From positions 1 to 44,826 of the forward strand of contig DATDQG010000144.1 of the NCBI GenBank assembly GCA_035292365.1: a stretch of 44,826 bases of DNA, written 5' to 3'. Below the pieces are notes generated by a model. That model had not been told where the DNA came from and did no database searches. It worked only from the letters and a program-made list of their open reading frames with translations. How positions within the stretch are numbered: position 1 is the stretch's first letter; the number at the start of each line of letters is the position of its first letter. A program made the position numbers and the translations under genes. This stretch comes from Dehalococcoidia bacterium. GTDB taxonomy: Bacteria; Chloroflexota; Dehalococcoidia; DATDQG01. Below, in pieces: positions 27,617-36,600 of this stretch.

Positions 27617-27877
27617 TTATATCGAAGCACGATCATCAGGGAGGTGTTCTCCCTCCACCAGCATGTCCAACTCTTCCGCAGTCAAGCCAGCTTGCTTTAG
27701 CACTGAAGACATCGTCTTTGGATCCTGATTGCCTCTCTTGAACGGTATCGTTACGTACCTAGTTGCACCTCGGAAGTATCCTCGCAGTCGTATGTGGCTT
27801 CCACGTTGCCGGATTTGCTCAAAGCCGATCCGCGACAACGCCCGCATGACTTCGTCAGTTGAGTAGCGTCGGGGCAC
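27617..27877 (-). CDS. hicA: HicA-family toxin (mRNA interferase)
   Basis: 86 aa. STDEVMRALSRIGFEQIRQRGSHIRLRG...VTIPFKRGNQDPKTMSSVLKQAGL matches the HicA/YcfA pattern with the GSH catalytic His. The GTG start overlaps the hicB 3' end by 23 nt. Local GC is low. Confidence 0.8.
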   Translation of the reverse strand: MPRRYSTDEVMRALSRIGFEQIRQRGSHIRLRGYFRGATRYVTIPFKRGNQDPKTMSSVLKQAGLTAEELDMLVEGEHLPDDRASI

Positions 27878-28109
27878 GAACGACTAGCTCTTTGACGACA
27901 GGCATCGAATCAACCGGGACATAGATTCGCTCGAGTTCCGCCGTCGTCATGTCTTCGATGTGCAGTTCCACGGCTTCTTTGATCATCGCCAAGGCATGCT
28001 CTTCGTTGTCGCCCTGCGTTGTCACGTCATATTCAAGGCAGTGGGCGACCCATTGATCGCCTTCGGCGTCCCTGTAGATAATCACATGAACCTTCTGTTT
28101 AGGCATCAT
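27855..28109 (-). CDS. hicB: HicB-family antitoxin (N-terminal HicB fold only)
   Basis: About 84 aa. VHVIIYRDAEGDQWVAHCLEYDVTTQGDNEEHALAMIKEAVELHIE is typical of the HicB/UPF0150 fold. The start is placed at ATG 28109, which shares one nt with the pdxS TAA (TAATG), with GAGGGG 6 nt upstream. Confidence 0.75.
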   Translation of the reverse strand: MMPKQKVHVIIYRDAEGDQWVAHCLEYDVTTQGDNEEHALAMIKEAVELHIEDMTTAELERIYVPVDSMPVVKELVVRAPTLLN

Positions 28110-29020
28110 TACCATCCCCTCGCGGCCATCAGTTGTTCCGGCGCCAGCGAGCGCACATCTAGACCGGGCATAGGCTTTCCGAGACCCTTGGAGACCTCGG
28201 CGATGATCGCCGGGTCCTTGTAGTGCGTGACAGCGTCGACGATCGCCTTAGCACGGCGCCCCTGCTCTCGGATACGGATCTCGGGAGGCTCGTCCTCGCT
28301 CGCTTTGAAGATGCCAGAGCCGACGAACACGCCGTCCGCGCCAAGCTGCATCATCATGGCCGCATCCGCCGGCGTGGCGATGCCGCCGGCGGTGAACATG
28401 ACCACCGGCATGCGCCCGAGTTCCTTGACCTCGCGCACGAGCTCGACCGGCGCCCCTAGGTTCTTGGCCTCGCTGTACAGCTCGTCATCGGACATATTCT
28501 GAAGTTTGCGGATTTCGTCCATCACCAGCCGCATGTGGCGGGTTGCCTCGACGATGTTCCCGGTGCCCGCCTCGCCTTTCGTGCGGATCATGGCCGCTCC
28601 CTCGGAGATGCGTCGGAGGGCCTCCCCGAGATCGCGGCAGCCGCAGACAAACGGCACGGTGAATTGGTGCTTATTGATGTGGTGGAGCTCGTCAGCGGGC
28701 GTGAGCACCTCGGACTCATCGACGTAGTCGACGCCGATCGCCTGGAGCACCTGGGCCTCGACGAAATGGCCGATCCTGGCCTTCGCCATCACTGGGATCG
28801 TCACGGTCTCCATGATCTGGAGGATCAGCGCCGGGTCGCTCATGCGAGCGACGCCTCCGGCGGATCTGATGTCGGCGGGGACGCGTTCCAGGGCCATGAC
28901 GGCGCAAGCTCCCGCCTCCTCAGCGACACGGGCGTGCTCAGGGGTGACGACATCCATAATGACGCCGCCCTTTAGCATTTGCGCCAGCCCTCTTTTGAGT
29001 GCCCAGGTTCCCTTTTCCAT
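28109..29020 (-). CDS. pdxS: Pyridoxal 5'-phosphate synthase lyase subunit PdxS
   Basis: [52 protein letters not shown] is a near-textbook PdxS N-terminus. The start is at ATG 29020 (GGAGG 8 nt upstream) rather than 29035. Confidence 0.97.
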   Translation of the reverse strand: MEKGTWALKRGLAQMLKGGVIMDVVTPEHARVAEEAGACAVMALERVPADIRSAGGVARMSDPALILQIMETVTIPVMAKARIGHFVEAQVLQAIGVDYVDESEVLTPADELHHINKHQFTVPFVCGCRDLGEALRRISEGAAMIRTKGEAGTGNIVEATRHMRLVMDEIRKLQNMSDDELYSEAKNLGAPVELVREVKELGRMPVVMFTAGGIATPADAAMMMQLGADGVFVGSGIFKASEDEPPEIRIREQGRRAKAIVDAVTHYKDPAIIAEVSKGLGKPMPGLDVRSLAPEQLMAARGW

Positions 29021-29107
29021 GGTAACAACCTCCATGGCAACATTAGCCGGTGCAATTATTGTAGCATAGCGCCTTGATTTGAGGGCAAATGGGGCAGTTC
29101 GCCGCGA

Positions 29108-29136
29108 TTGACAACCATTGTGACGCTCACTACAAT
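29108..29136 (+). promoter_or_regulatory. Near-consensus sigma-70 promoter facing the permease gene
   Basis: TTGACA (29108-29113), exactly 17 nt of spacer, then TACAAT (29131-29136). The predicted transcription start is near 29143, leaving a leader of about 180 nt before 29323. Confidence 0.55.
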
Positions 29137-29322
29137 CGCCGCCGATGTCTTGGGGGTTAGGGAGCGCACCGCAACGTCTACGACAAGCCTGGCTCTAGCA
29201 CACGGCACCGGCATGGCACTCCTGCCTGGCCCGACCACACAGAAGGCGCTTGCCCTAGCGCTGGCTGTGACGTCGGGGCTCTGCGCTCAGGCCTGAGCAA
29301 GCTGCAGGCTCCGGGAGCGTCC

Positions 29323-30789
29323 TTGGCCTCAGAGCCGTCCGGAGTCGAGTCGCATCGCGGGCCACGCCCCGGCGATGTCATAGTCCGGCGCCCCCGGGTG
29401 CGCCGCCAGCGCCTGCGCCGGGTGCTGGGGATTCCGAGCCTATATGGGATAGGCTACGGCAACGTCGGCTCCTCCATTTACTACGCCCTCGGCATCACTG
29501 CCGTAGCGGCGCTGGGCGCCACCCCACTCGCCCTGGCGATTGCCGGCCTGTTCTTCGTGTTCACTGCTCTCACGTACGCCGAGGGGACTGCCATGCTGCG
29601 TGAAGCAGGCGGCGCGGCGGCTTTCGCGCGGCAGGCCTTCAATGAGCTCACGAGCTTCATTGCCGGCTGGGCCCTCATGCTGAGCTACGTGGTCACTATC
29701 AGCGTCGCGGCGCTCACGGTGGCTCCCTACCTCGGGTACTTCTACGAGCCGCTCAAGACCAACCCTGCCTGGACCACCAGCGTCGCTCTCGCCATCGTTG
29801 TCTGCATAGCCGCACTGAACTTCATCGGCGTGCGGGAGACCGGCTTTGTCAGCGTCTCTGCGGCCCTCTTTGACCTAACCGTGCAGGTGACCCTGGTGCT
29901 CCTCGGCCTTGTCCTGTTGTTCGACGTGGGCTTGATAGTCCGCCATGTCACCGATTTCTGGCCCGATACGCAGAGCCTTGCCTACGGCGTCTCCATCGCC
30001 ATGGTGGCCTATATCGGCCTGGAAAGCGTATCTCAGGTAGCCGAGGAAACGCGCATCCCAGAGCGACGCGTGCCGCGAGCCATGCTGCTGGTCGTTGGCA
30101 CGGTGATCGCCATGTATGCCGGGGTCAGCCTTGCCGCTCTTAGTGCTATGACCCCGACTGAGCTGGCTACGACCTGGGCGAGCGCGCCTGTGGCTGGCAT
30201 CGCCGCCAGCATCCCCGTGCACTGGCTGCGCAACGTTCTCCAGCCGCTGGTGGCGGTGTTGGCTGCTATCATCCTCACGATTGCCGCCAATGCCGGCCTC
30301 ATAGGCGCGTCGCGTCTCGCGTATTCGATGAGCCTTCATGACGATATCCCCACCTTCCTCGGCAGGTTGCACGGACGCTTCCGCACGCCTTACGTGGCGG
30401 TCCTACTATTCGCCGTTGCATCCGTGCTTGTCTTGCTCCCTGGGTACTGGTCGCCCCTGATCTTCCAGAACATGGGCGCCTTATACGGTTTCGGTGCGAT
30501 GCTGGCCTTTAGCCTCGCCCATGCCAGCATCATCGTGCTGCGCTGGCGACGTCCAGACATCCCGCGCCCCTTCAAGCCCTGGGGCTCGGCGCGTATCGCC
30601 GGTCGTGAGTTGCCGCTGACAGCCGTCCTTGGGCTGCTGGCCACCGCAGCTGTCTGGGGTATCGTTGTCGTAAGTCAGCCCTACAGCCGGTGGGTCGGGC
30701 TTGCCTGGATCGCACTGGGCTTGGTGCTGTACGCAGCGTATCGCTGGCGGCGACACTTGCCCCTCGTCGCTACGAGACAACCGGTTTAA
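29323..30789 (+). CDS. APC-superfamily amino acid permease
   Basis: 488 aa with about 12 hydrophobic segments. The N-terminal motif GIGYGNVGSSIYYALG is typical of APC transporters. The TTG start is uncertain. Confidence 0.85.
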   Translation: MASEPSGVESHRGPRPGDVIVRRPRVRRQRLRRVLGIPSLYGIGYGNVGSSIYYALGITAVAALGATPLALAIAGLFFVFTALTYAEGTAMLREAGGAAAFARQAFNELTSFIAGWALMLSYVVTISVAALTVAPYLGYFYEPLKTNPAWTTSVALAIVVCIAALNFIGVRETGFVSVSAALFDLTVQVTLVLLGLVLLFDVGLIVRHVTDFWPDTQSLAYGVSIAMVAYIGLESVSQVAEETRIPERRVPRAMLLVVGTVIAMYAGVSLAALSAMTPTELATTWASAPVAGIAASIPVHWLRNVLQPLVAVLAAIILTIAANAGLIGASRLAYSMSLHDDIPTFLGRLHGRFRTPYVAVLLFAVASVLVLLPGYWSPLIFQNMGALYGFGAMLAFSLAHASIIVLRWRRPDIPRPFKPWGSARIAGRELPLTAVLGLLATAAVWGIVVVSQPYSRWVGLAWIALGLVLYAAYRWRRHLPLVATRQPV

Positions 30790-30863
30790 TAGAAATACGG
30801 GCAGACCGGCGAGCGGCGGTTCCTCCCAAACGATGTAAACTTGAGGGGGGGCGTTCCTTGAAG

Positions 30864-31313
30864 ATGACGATGCTCCATAAACCTAAGCGAATCCTGGTGC
30901 CGAGCAACGGGACGCCGGCGAGCGAGGAAGCAGTGCGGATCGCTTGCGACCTTGCGCGCCGGTACCACGCGACGGTGACGGTCGTTTACGTCATCGAGGT
31001 GAAGCGCGCCTTGCCCCTCACGGCGCTCATCGAGGTGGAGGCGCGCCGCGGCGAGGAGGTGCTGGGTCGCGCGGAGCGCGTCGCCGAGGAGGTTGACACC
31101 GAGGTGGAGACCGACCTCATCCAGGCGCGAGACGTGGGCCCGGCCATCATTGAGGAGGTTATCGAGCGCCACGCCGACCTGATCATCATGGGGGTAACCC
31201 ACAAACGCCGTCTTGGCGAGTTCAATTTGGGCCGGACCGCGCCCTATGTCCTTCGCCACGCACCTTGCGCGGTCTGGCTCTACAGCGAACCTCCTCCAGG
31301 GGAGCGATCATGA
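30864..31313 (+). CDS. Universal stress protein (UspA family)
   Basis: 149 aa from ATG 30864. KRILVPSNGTPASEEAVRIACDLARRYHATVTVVYV...LIIMGVTHKRRLGEFNLGRTAPYVLRHAPCAVWL. Confidence 0.85.
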   Translation: MTMLHKPKRILVPSNGTPASEEAVRIACDLARRYHATVTVVYVIEVKRALPLTALIEVEARRGEEVLGRAERVAEEVDTEVETDLIQARDVGPAIIEEVIERHADLIIMGVTHKRRLGEFNLGRTAPYVLRHAPCAVWLYSEPPPGERS

Positions 31314-31747
31314 ACGCCATCATCATGGGGTGCAGCCGGACCGGCTCCATCCTGGCCGGGCTTCTGGCGAGCGAGGGTCATCAGGTCACGGTGCTCGATA
31401 TGAACCCGAACGCTTTCCGCCTGCTGCCGCCTGACTTCGGCGGCGTTGTGGTGGTTGGCAATGGCATCGATGAAGACGTGCTGCGCCGGGCCGGCATCGA
31501 ACAGGCCGACGCCTTCGCCGCCGTCACGCAAAACGAGAACCAGAACATCATGGCGGCACAGATTGCCCGCCACCGATTCAACGTCCAGCGAGTCGTTTGC
31601 CGCATTCACGACCCAAGTCGCGAGCAGCTCTATGAGTCCTTGGGCCTGCGCACCATCAATCCGGCCCGCGTCGGCGCGCAACTGGTCCACGAGGCACTCC
31701 TTCGCGAGCCAGCGACCGCACAGGCGGAGCCACCAAGGAGCGGATGA
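31310..31747 (+). CDS. TrkA-N (RCK N-terminal, NAD-binding) domain protein
   Basis: 145 aa. The start overlaps the usp stop (ATGA). MNAIIMGCSRTGSILAGLLASEGHQVTVLD is a Rossmann motif. There is no TrkA-C domain. Confidence 0.8.
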   Translation: MNAIIMGCSRTGSILAGLLASEGHQVTVLDMNPNAFRLLPPDFGGVVVVGNGIDEDVLRRAGIEQADAFAAVTQNENQNIMAAQIARHRFNVQRVVCRIHDPSREQLYESLGLRTINPARVGAQLVHEALLREPATAQAEPPRSG

Positions 31748-32424
31748 TGTACAACATCATCGTGGGTGGCGGCAAAGTTGGCTACTTCCTGGCACGGGGA
31801 CTGCTCGACCAGGGCCACGAGGTGCTGATCGTCGAAAGAGACCCGGCCAAGTGCGAGATGCTCACCGAAGAGTTCGGCAGCGTCGTCCTGCAGGGCGACG
31901 GCTGCGAGACGGCTGTGTTGGATGAAGCGGGTGCCGCCCGTGCTGAGAACTTCATCTCCGTGACAGGCGACGACGAGGTCAACCTGGTGGCCTGTCAGGT
32001 TGCCAAGCACCTCTTTCACGTCCCGCGGGCTATAGCCCGCATCAACAACCCGAAGAATGAACCTATCTTCCTGAAGATAGGTATTGATTTCACGGTCTCC
32101 TCCACCAACGTCATCCTGGAACACATCGAGGAGGAGCTGCCTGCCTATCCGCTGGTCCACCTCTTGCGACTACTAGACGGCACGGCCTACGGCATCGTGG
32201 AGGTCAAAGTGCCCCTCGGAGCGCAGGTGGTGGGTCGCCGGCTTCGCGACCTGCGGCTGCCCCATCCGAGCCAGGTCCTGCTGATCGTGAAAAGAGGCGG
32301 CATGCCGACGGTCCCCGCCCCGGACACGATGCTGGAAGCGGACGACGATCTCGTGGCGCTCACGAGCCCCGAAACGGCCGAGCAGCTACGAGCCGTCCTG
32401 ACCGACGGTGCGACCCGCTCTTAG
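31744..32424 (+). CDS. trkA: TrkA/KtrA-type K+ transport regulatory protein (TrkA-N + TrkA-C)
   Basis: 226 aa with IIVGGGKVGYFLARGLLDQGHEVLIVERD plus a C-terminal RCK-C-like segment. It overlaps the previous gene by 4 nt. Confidence 0.85.
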   Translation: MMYNIIVGGGKVGYFLARGLLDQGHEVLIVERDPAKCEMLTEEFGSVVLQGDGCETAVLDEAGAARAENFISVTGDDEVNLVACQVAKHLFHVPRAIARINNPKNEPIFLKIGIDFTVSSTNVILEHIEEELPAYPLVHLLRLLDGTAYGIVEVKVPLGAQVVGRRLRDLRLPHPSQVLLIVKRGGMPTVPAPDTMLEADDDLVALTSPETAEQLRAVLTDGATRS

Positions 32425-32433
32425 GAGGCTTCC

Positions 32434-33282
32434 GTGAGCAAGAGCGTCGCCTACCTTGGCCCGCCGGGCACCTTCTCGGAGGAGGCCGCGCTGGCATATA
32501 TCCGGCGCAATGGCGCCCGGGAAGCTGCGGAGCTCCTGCCGTATCCGACCATCACCGCGGTGGCGCGGGCAGTGCAGAACGGCGCTGTCGCCGAAGGGGT
32601 TGTGCCCATCGAGAACAGCCTGGAGGGCTCGGTCGCCGAGACGCTGGACCTGCTCCTCGGCGCCGAGACGGCGCTGCATATCCGCGCTGAGATCGTGCTG
32701 CCGGTGGTTCATCTACTCCTTGTGAAGCCGGGCACCCAGCGCGAAGAGGTGCGCACAGTGTTCTCACACCCACAGGCGCTGGGACAGTGCCGGCGCTACC
32801 TGGATGAGCACTTCCCCAGCGCCGGCGTGGTCCCGACCACGAGCACCGCCGCCGCCGTCGCCGAGATGATGGGATTTCCTCTGCCGGCCGCGGCCATCGC
32901 GAACCGACGCGCCGCGGACCTGTACGGGGCCGCTGTCCTGGCCGATGGCATCCAGGACCACCCCGCCAACGAGACGCGCTTCGTGGTGCTCGCGACCGAG
33001 GACCACGCACCGACCGGCCACGACAAGACGTCGCTCGCCTTCACCTTCGATGAGGACCGGCCAGGGCTGCTTGTCAGCGTCCTCCGCGAGTTCGCCGACC
33101 GGCAGATCAACCTGGACAAGGTCGAGTCACGCCCCATGAAGGAGGCGCTGGGCCGCTACTACTTCCTGGTCGACCTGGAGGGGCACCGCCTCAGCTCGCC
33201 CGTCGCGGCGGCCCTCGAGAGCATCGCGCGCCACAGCGCCCAACTGAAGGTCTTTGGGTCGTACCCCCAGCACGCGGGCTGA
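32434..33282 (+). CDS. pheA: Prephenate dehydratase (PDT + ACT domains)
   Basis: 282 aa from a GTG start. VAYLGPPGTFSEEAA, TRFVVL and the ESRPMK motif are present. Confidence 0.93.
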   Translation: MSKSVAYLGPPGTFSEEAALAYIRRNGAREAAELLPYPTITAVARAVQNGAVAEGVVPIENSLEGSVAETLDLLLGAETALHIRAEIVLPVVHLLLVKPGTQREEVRTVFSHPQALGQCRRYLDEHFPSAGVVPTTSTAAAVAEMMGFPLPAAAIANRRAADLYGAAVLADGIQDHPANETRFVVLATEDHAPTGHDKTSLAFTFDEDRPGLLVSVLREFADRQINLDKVESRPMKEALGRYYFLVDLEGHRLSSPVAAALESIARHSAQLKVFGSYPQHAG

Positions 33283-33326
33283 GGCGCCGCAGTCGCTCTC
33301 ACGCTCCCGCAGCCCCTTCCAATGGC

Positions 33327-33378
33327 ATTCTGAGGGAGCGCAGCGACCGAATCTCCTACGTTCTCTCCAACATCTTCG
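33327..33378. repeat. Short repeat, copy A (ghost copy of the cyclase-gene 3' end plus downstream flank)
   Basis: attctgagggagc...gcgaccgaa-tctcctacgttcTctccaacaTcttcg aligns with copy B at 33539-33613. Differences are two substitutions in the terminal block, a 3-nt indel and a roughly 23-nt indel. Confidence 0.8.
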
Positions 33379-33442
33379 CCCGCAGCGCCAACGTCTTCTC
33401 CCCTTCAATATCATTGCCCTGAAGGTATGGCGTGAGCGAGTT

Positions 33443-33483
33443 CCCTCTCCCTTGATGGGAGAGGGTTAGGGTGAGGGTGAGAG
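33443..33483. repeat. GC-rich hairpin followed by a GGGTGA-type G-rich run
   Basis: ccctctccc (33443-33451), loop ttgat, gggagaggg (33457-33465), then ttagggtgagggtgagag. Confidence 0.7.
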
Positions 33484-33538
33484 CGTGCCTCTGCGCTTTC
33501 ATCCTGTTCGCGTGAGGGCTGCAAGTCCCTCATGGATG

Positions 33539-33613
33539 ATTCTGAGGGAGCCCGCCTGTCGTTAGGCACGCCAGGCGACCGAAGAATCTCCTACGTTCCC
33601 TCCAACACCTTCG
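33539..33613. repeat. Short repeat, copy B (overlaps the last 7 codons and stop of the cyclase-STAND gene)
   Basis: See copy A. Both copies have the same orientation, 212 nt apart. Confidence 0.8.
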
Positions 33614-36600
33614 ATCGCATCGCTGACGCCCGCTCCAGCGACGGCGCCATCTTCATCTCGCGGAACTCGGCTATGGCGAAGTCGAGGTGATCAAGGGCCT
33701 CGGCGCGTTCTTCGGGGTAGTGCTCGAGGAGCAACTCGGCGAGCTGGAGCCGGGTGAGGGCGATCTCAGGACGGAAGCGGATCTTCGTTGCCACGTCCAG
33801 TGCCTGCGCGTAGTACCCTCGCGCCTCCTCCGGCTTGCCTAGTAACGCCGCGGCCGCTCCTAGGTGCCGCCCGAAGCAGGTCATATTGTGGCTATGTGTC
33901 CCCGCCAGGTGGGCTAGACTAGACAGTCGCGCCGCGAACGCCTCGACCAGGGCGCGCTCCTCCAGCAATACGGCCGCCTCCAGCAAGTACAACAGCATGA
34001 AGGCTGGGGTTTCGTCCTCCTCTCCCAGCGCACCTTCTAGCTTCTCCACTACCTGACCCAGCGCTGTCCTGGCCTCCTCAGCCCGTCCGAGGTGCGCCAG
34101 AGTCAACACTCGCTTCGCGGCAAGGTACAGTGCCTCCGGGGCGACCGCCAGCCGCCCGGGCTCGCCCAGAGCGGCCAGAGCCTCCTCAAAACGCCCAAGA
34201 TAAAGCCTCGGCCGCCAGACCAGGCTGTCGGCAATTACCCTCCCCATCACGGCCATTCCGTAGTCGGCGCCCCGCGACTCCAGAGCATCTCCCAACTCTA
34301 CGGCCCGCTCGAACTCGCCGGCCAATAGCCGCGCCGCCACCTCACCCCACAGGGAATACAGCCGGGCAAAAGGGTCCCGTGTGCGTGCAGCTAGATCGCT
34401 CACCTGGTGCCACAGTGCCTCCGCCCGGTCGCGGTCTCCCCAGCCCAGGAACGTATCCCCGCCAACCGCCAGCACCGAGCACAGCGTTCTGGTATTGACT
34501 CCTTCCTTTGGCCGGGCTGCTAGTTCCTCCACCAGGTGCCGCCTCTCAGCCTGGTGTTGCGGCGCACCATCGAAGCTGATGAACAGCCAGGCGGCCAGGA
34601 AGAGGGGGTCGGCCTGATCGAGCCGACGTGCGAGACTCAGGGCACGTTCCCGCTGAGCACGCCACGCTCGAAAACGGCCAGGGTTGTGCTCGAAGGCAGC
34701 CAGGGCGTAGTCCGCATACACCCTGTCCACCGTCCCCTCAGCCGCGTAGCGGTCTGCGCATTGCGCCCACTGCGCCCACTCGGGCGTGCCCCACATTACG
34801 CTGCCACCGTAGCGGTACATGGCCATGATTGCCACTCGGCAGGCGCGCGCCCCCCTTTCAGGATCTGATGCTGTGCCCGCCTTGGAGTCCCCCGGGGCCT
34901 CAGCAAGAGCCAGAGCCTGGGTTGCCACCTCCACGGCCCGCCGCGGCTCCCCAGCAGGCATTAGCGCTTCGCCAAGCTGCAAGAGCAGGTCACATTTCTG
35001 ACTTGCATCCTCCAATTGAGCCCGCTCTTGGGCAGCCAGGGCGGCTTCCAGATTGGAGACGGCATCCGCGTAGGCGAAGAGGGCTTGCGCGGCCCCGGCG
35101 GCGCGCACGCAGTAAGCGATGGTCTTGTTCGCGTCCGCCGAATTGCCGGCTAGGCGGAAGTGGCCCGCTAGTTCCGATACGTACGGCGCAAGGTTGCGGG
35201 CGTAGATCGCCTCCATGGTCTGCGCAATGCGCAGATGGATGTTCTGTCGTCGGGGCTGAGTGAGGCTGTTCACCAGCGTCTGACGGACCAGCTCGTGGGC
35301 GAAGGTCAGGCCAGCTGTCGTAGACTCGAGGAGATGGGCCCTTTCCGCCTCATCCAACGCATCCAGTAACGCCTCATTCCCCAGGTCCGACACAACGCGC
35401 AATAGCTCGTAATCGAAGCTGCGGCCGATTAACGCGGCCAGGGACAGGGTCCGACGGCACCGCTCGCTTACCCGCTCCAGACGGCGGCTAATGACCAGCC
35501 TGACGCTTGGCGGCACATCGGATTCAGCGATGTGGAGGTCAACACGCCAGCGTCCTGACGTGTCAAGGAGCCGCCCCTCTTCCTGAAGGTATTCGAACAC
35601 CTCACGCACGAAGAACGGGTTGCCCTCCGTTTCGGCGTAGACTGCCTCGATGAGGGAGGCGGGAGGTTCGGGCCCTCCCAACTTAGCGAGTAACGCACCG
35701 ACTTCCTCGTGAACCAAGCGCTCGATGTCTAGACGGAGGACTGACCCTTGCCGCGCTATTTGCTCGAGCGTTCGAGCCAGAGATCGTGAAGTCTCCAGTT
35801 CGGTGTCTCGATACGTCACTGCGATAAGCACCCGAATATCGGCCAGTTGGCGCGCAATGTGCTCCAACAGTGAGAGGGTAGAGTCATCCGCCCAATGCAG
35901 GTCCTCGAGACAGAGCAGGAGCCCACGCGGGCTGGAGCGGGCGATGTCCCCTAGAACTTGAGCTACCCCTTCAAACAAGCGGTAGCGGTCGCCTTCCGGC
36001 CCGAGGGACGGTCGCGGTGCCGCCCGCTGCACTCGGTCGCGGAGCTCTGGTATCAGCAGCGCGATCTCTGGCGCCGCCTCAACGATTTCTGCATGCAGCT
36101 TTGTATTGGGCGTCGCGCGGACGATACCCGATATCGCTTCCTCGAACGGCAGATAGGGAGGCATGCCCTCGGAGTCGTAGGCGTGGCCGATGAGCACCTG
36201 CCAGCCATTGTTCTGAGCGTGCTCGGCAGCCTCCAAGAGCAGCCGCGTCTTGCCGACGCCTGGCTCGCCCGCCAGCAGCACAACTCCACCCCCGCCATCC
36301 TCGGCGTCGAGGCGTTGTCTCAGAGTAGCGAGCTCTGACTCCCTTCCCACTAAGGCCACTCGCCTACCACTCTGAAGCGCCGTCAGGAACACGGGCGCGG
36401 TCACGGCATCAGACAAGGTCGCCGGAGTGACCAACGGCTCGTCCTCATCCACTGCTGGCTCCCAGAGGACTTCAACGGCGCTAACTGGCTCACTCAACCC
36501 CTTCAACGGCAGTGGACCAAGGTCGCGGAACTTGAAGCCGCCCCGGTTGCCAATCAATCCTCGCACTATGGACGAAACGTAAATGCCGTCGCTCGCCGCG

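Noticed and set aside
29108-29296. A 62-aa ORF ([14 protein letters not shown]...) in the pdxS-permease intergenic region.
   Set aside because: Its TTG start is the -35 hexamer of the predicted promoter, so it would lie upstream of the transcription start. It has no Shine-Dalgarno sequence.
33254-33469. A 71-aa plus-strand ORF spanning the pheA 3' end and the repeat patch (ending ...PSPLMGEG).
   Set aside because: It is a translation of repeat and hairpin DNA with no start context, and it overlaps the pheA stop.
33443-33483. The G-rich gggtgagggtgag run with an adjacent hairpin, considered as a CRISPR repeat or telomere-like array.
   Set aside because: There are only about two short units and no repeat-spacer periodicity. 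It fits a small REP-like intergenic element better.
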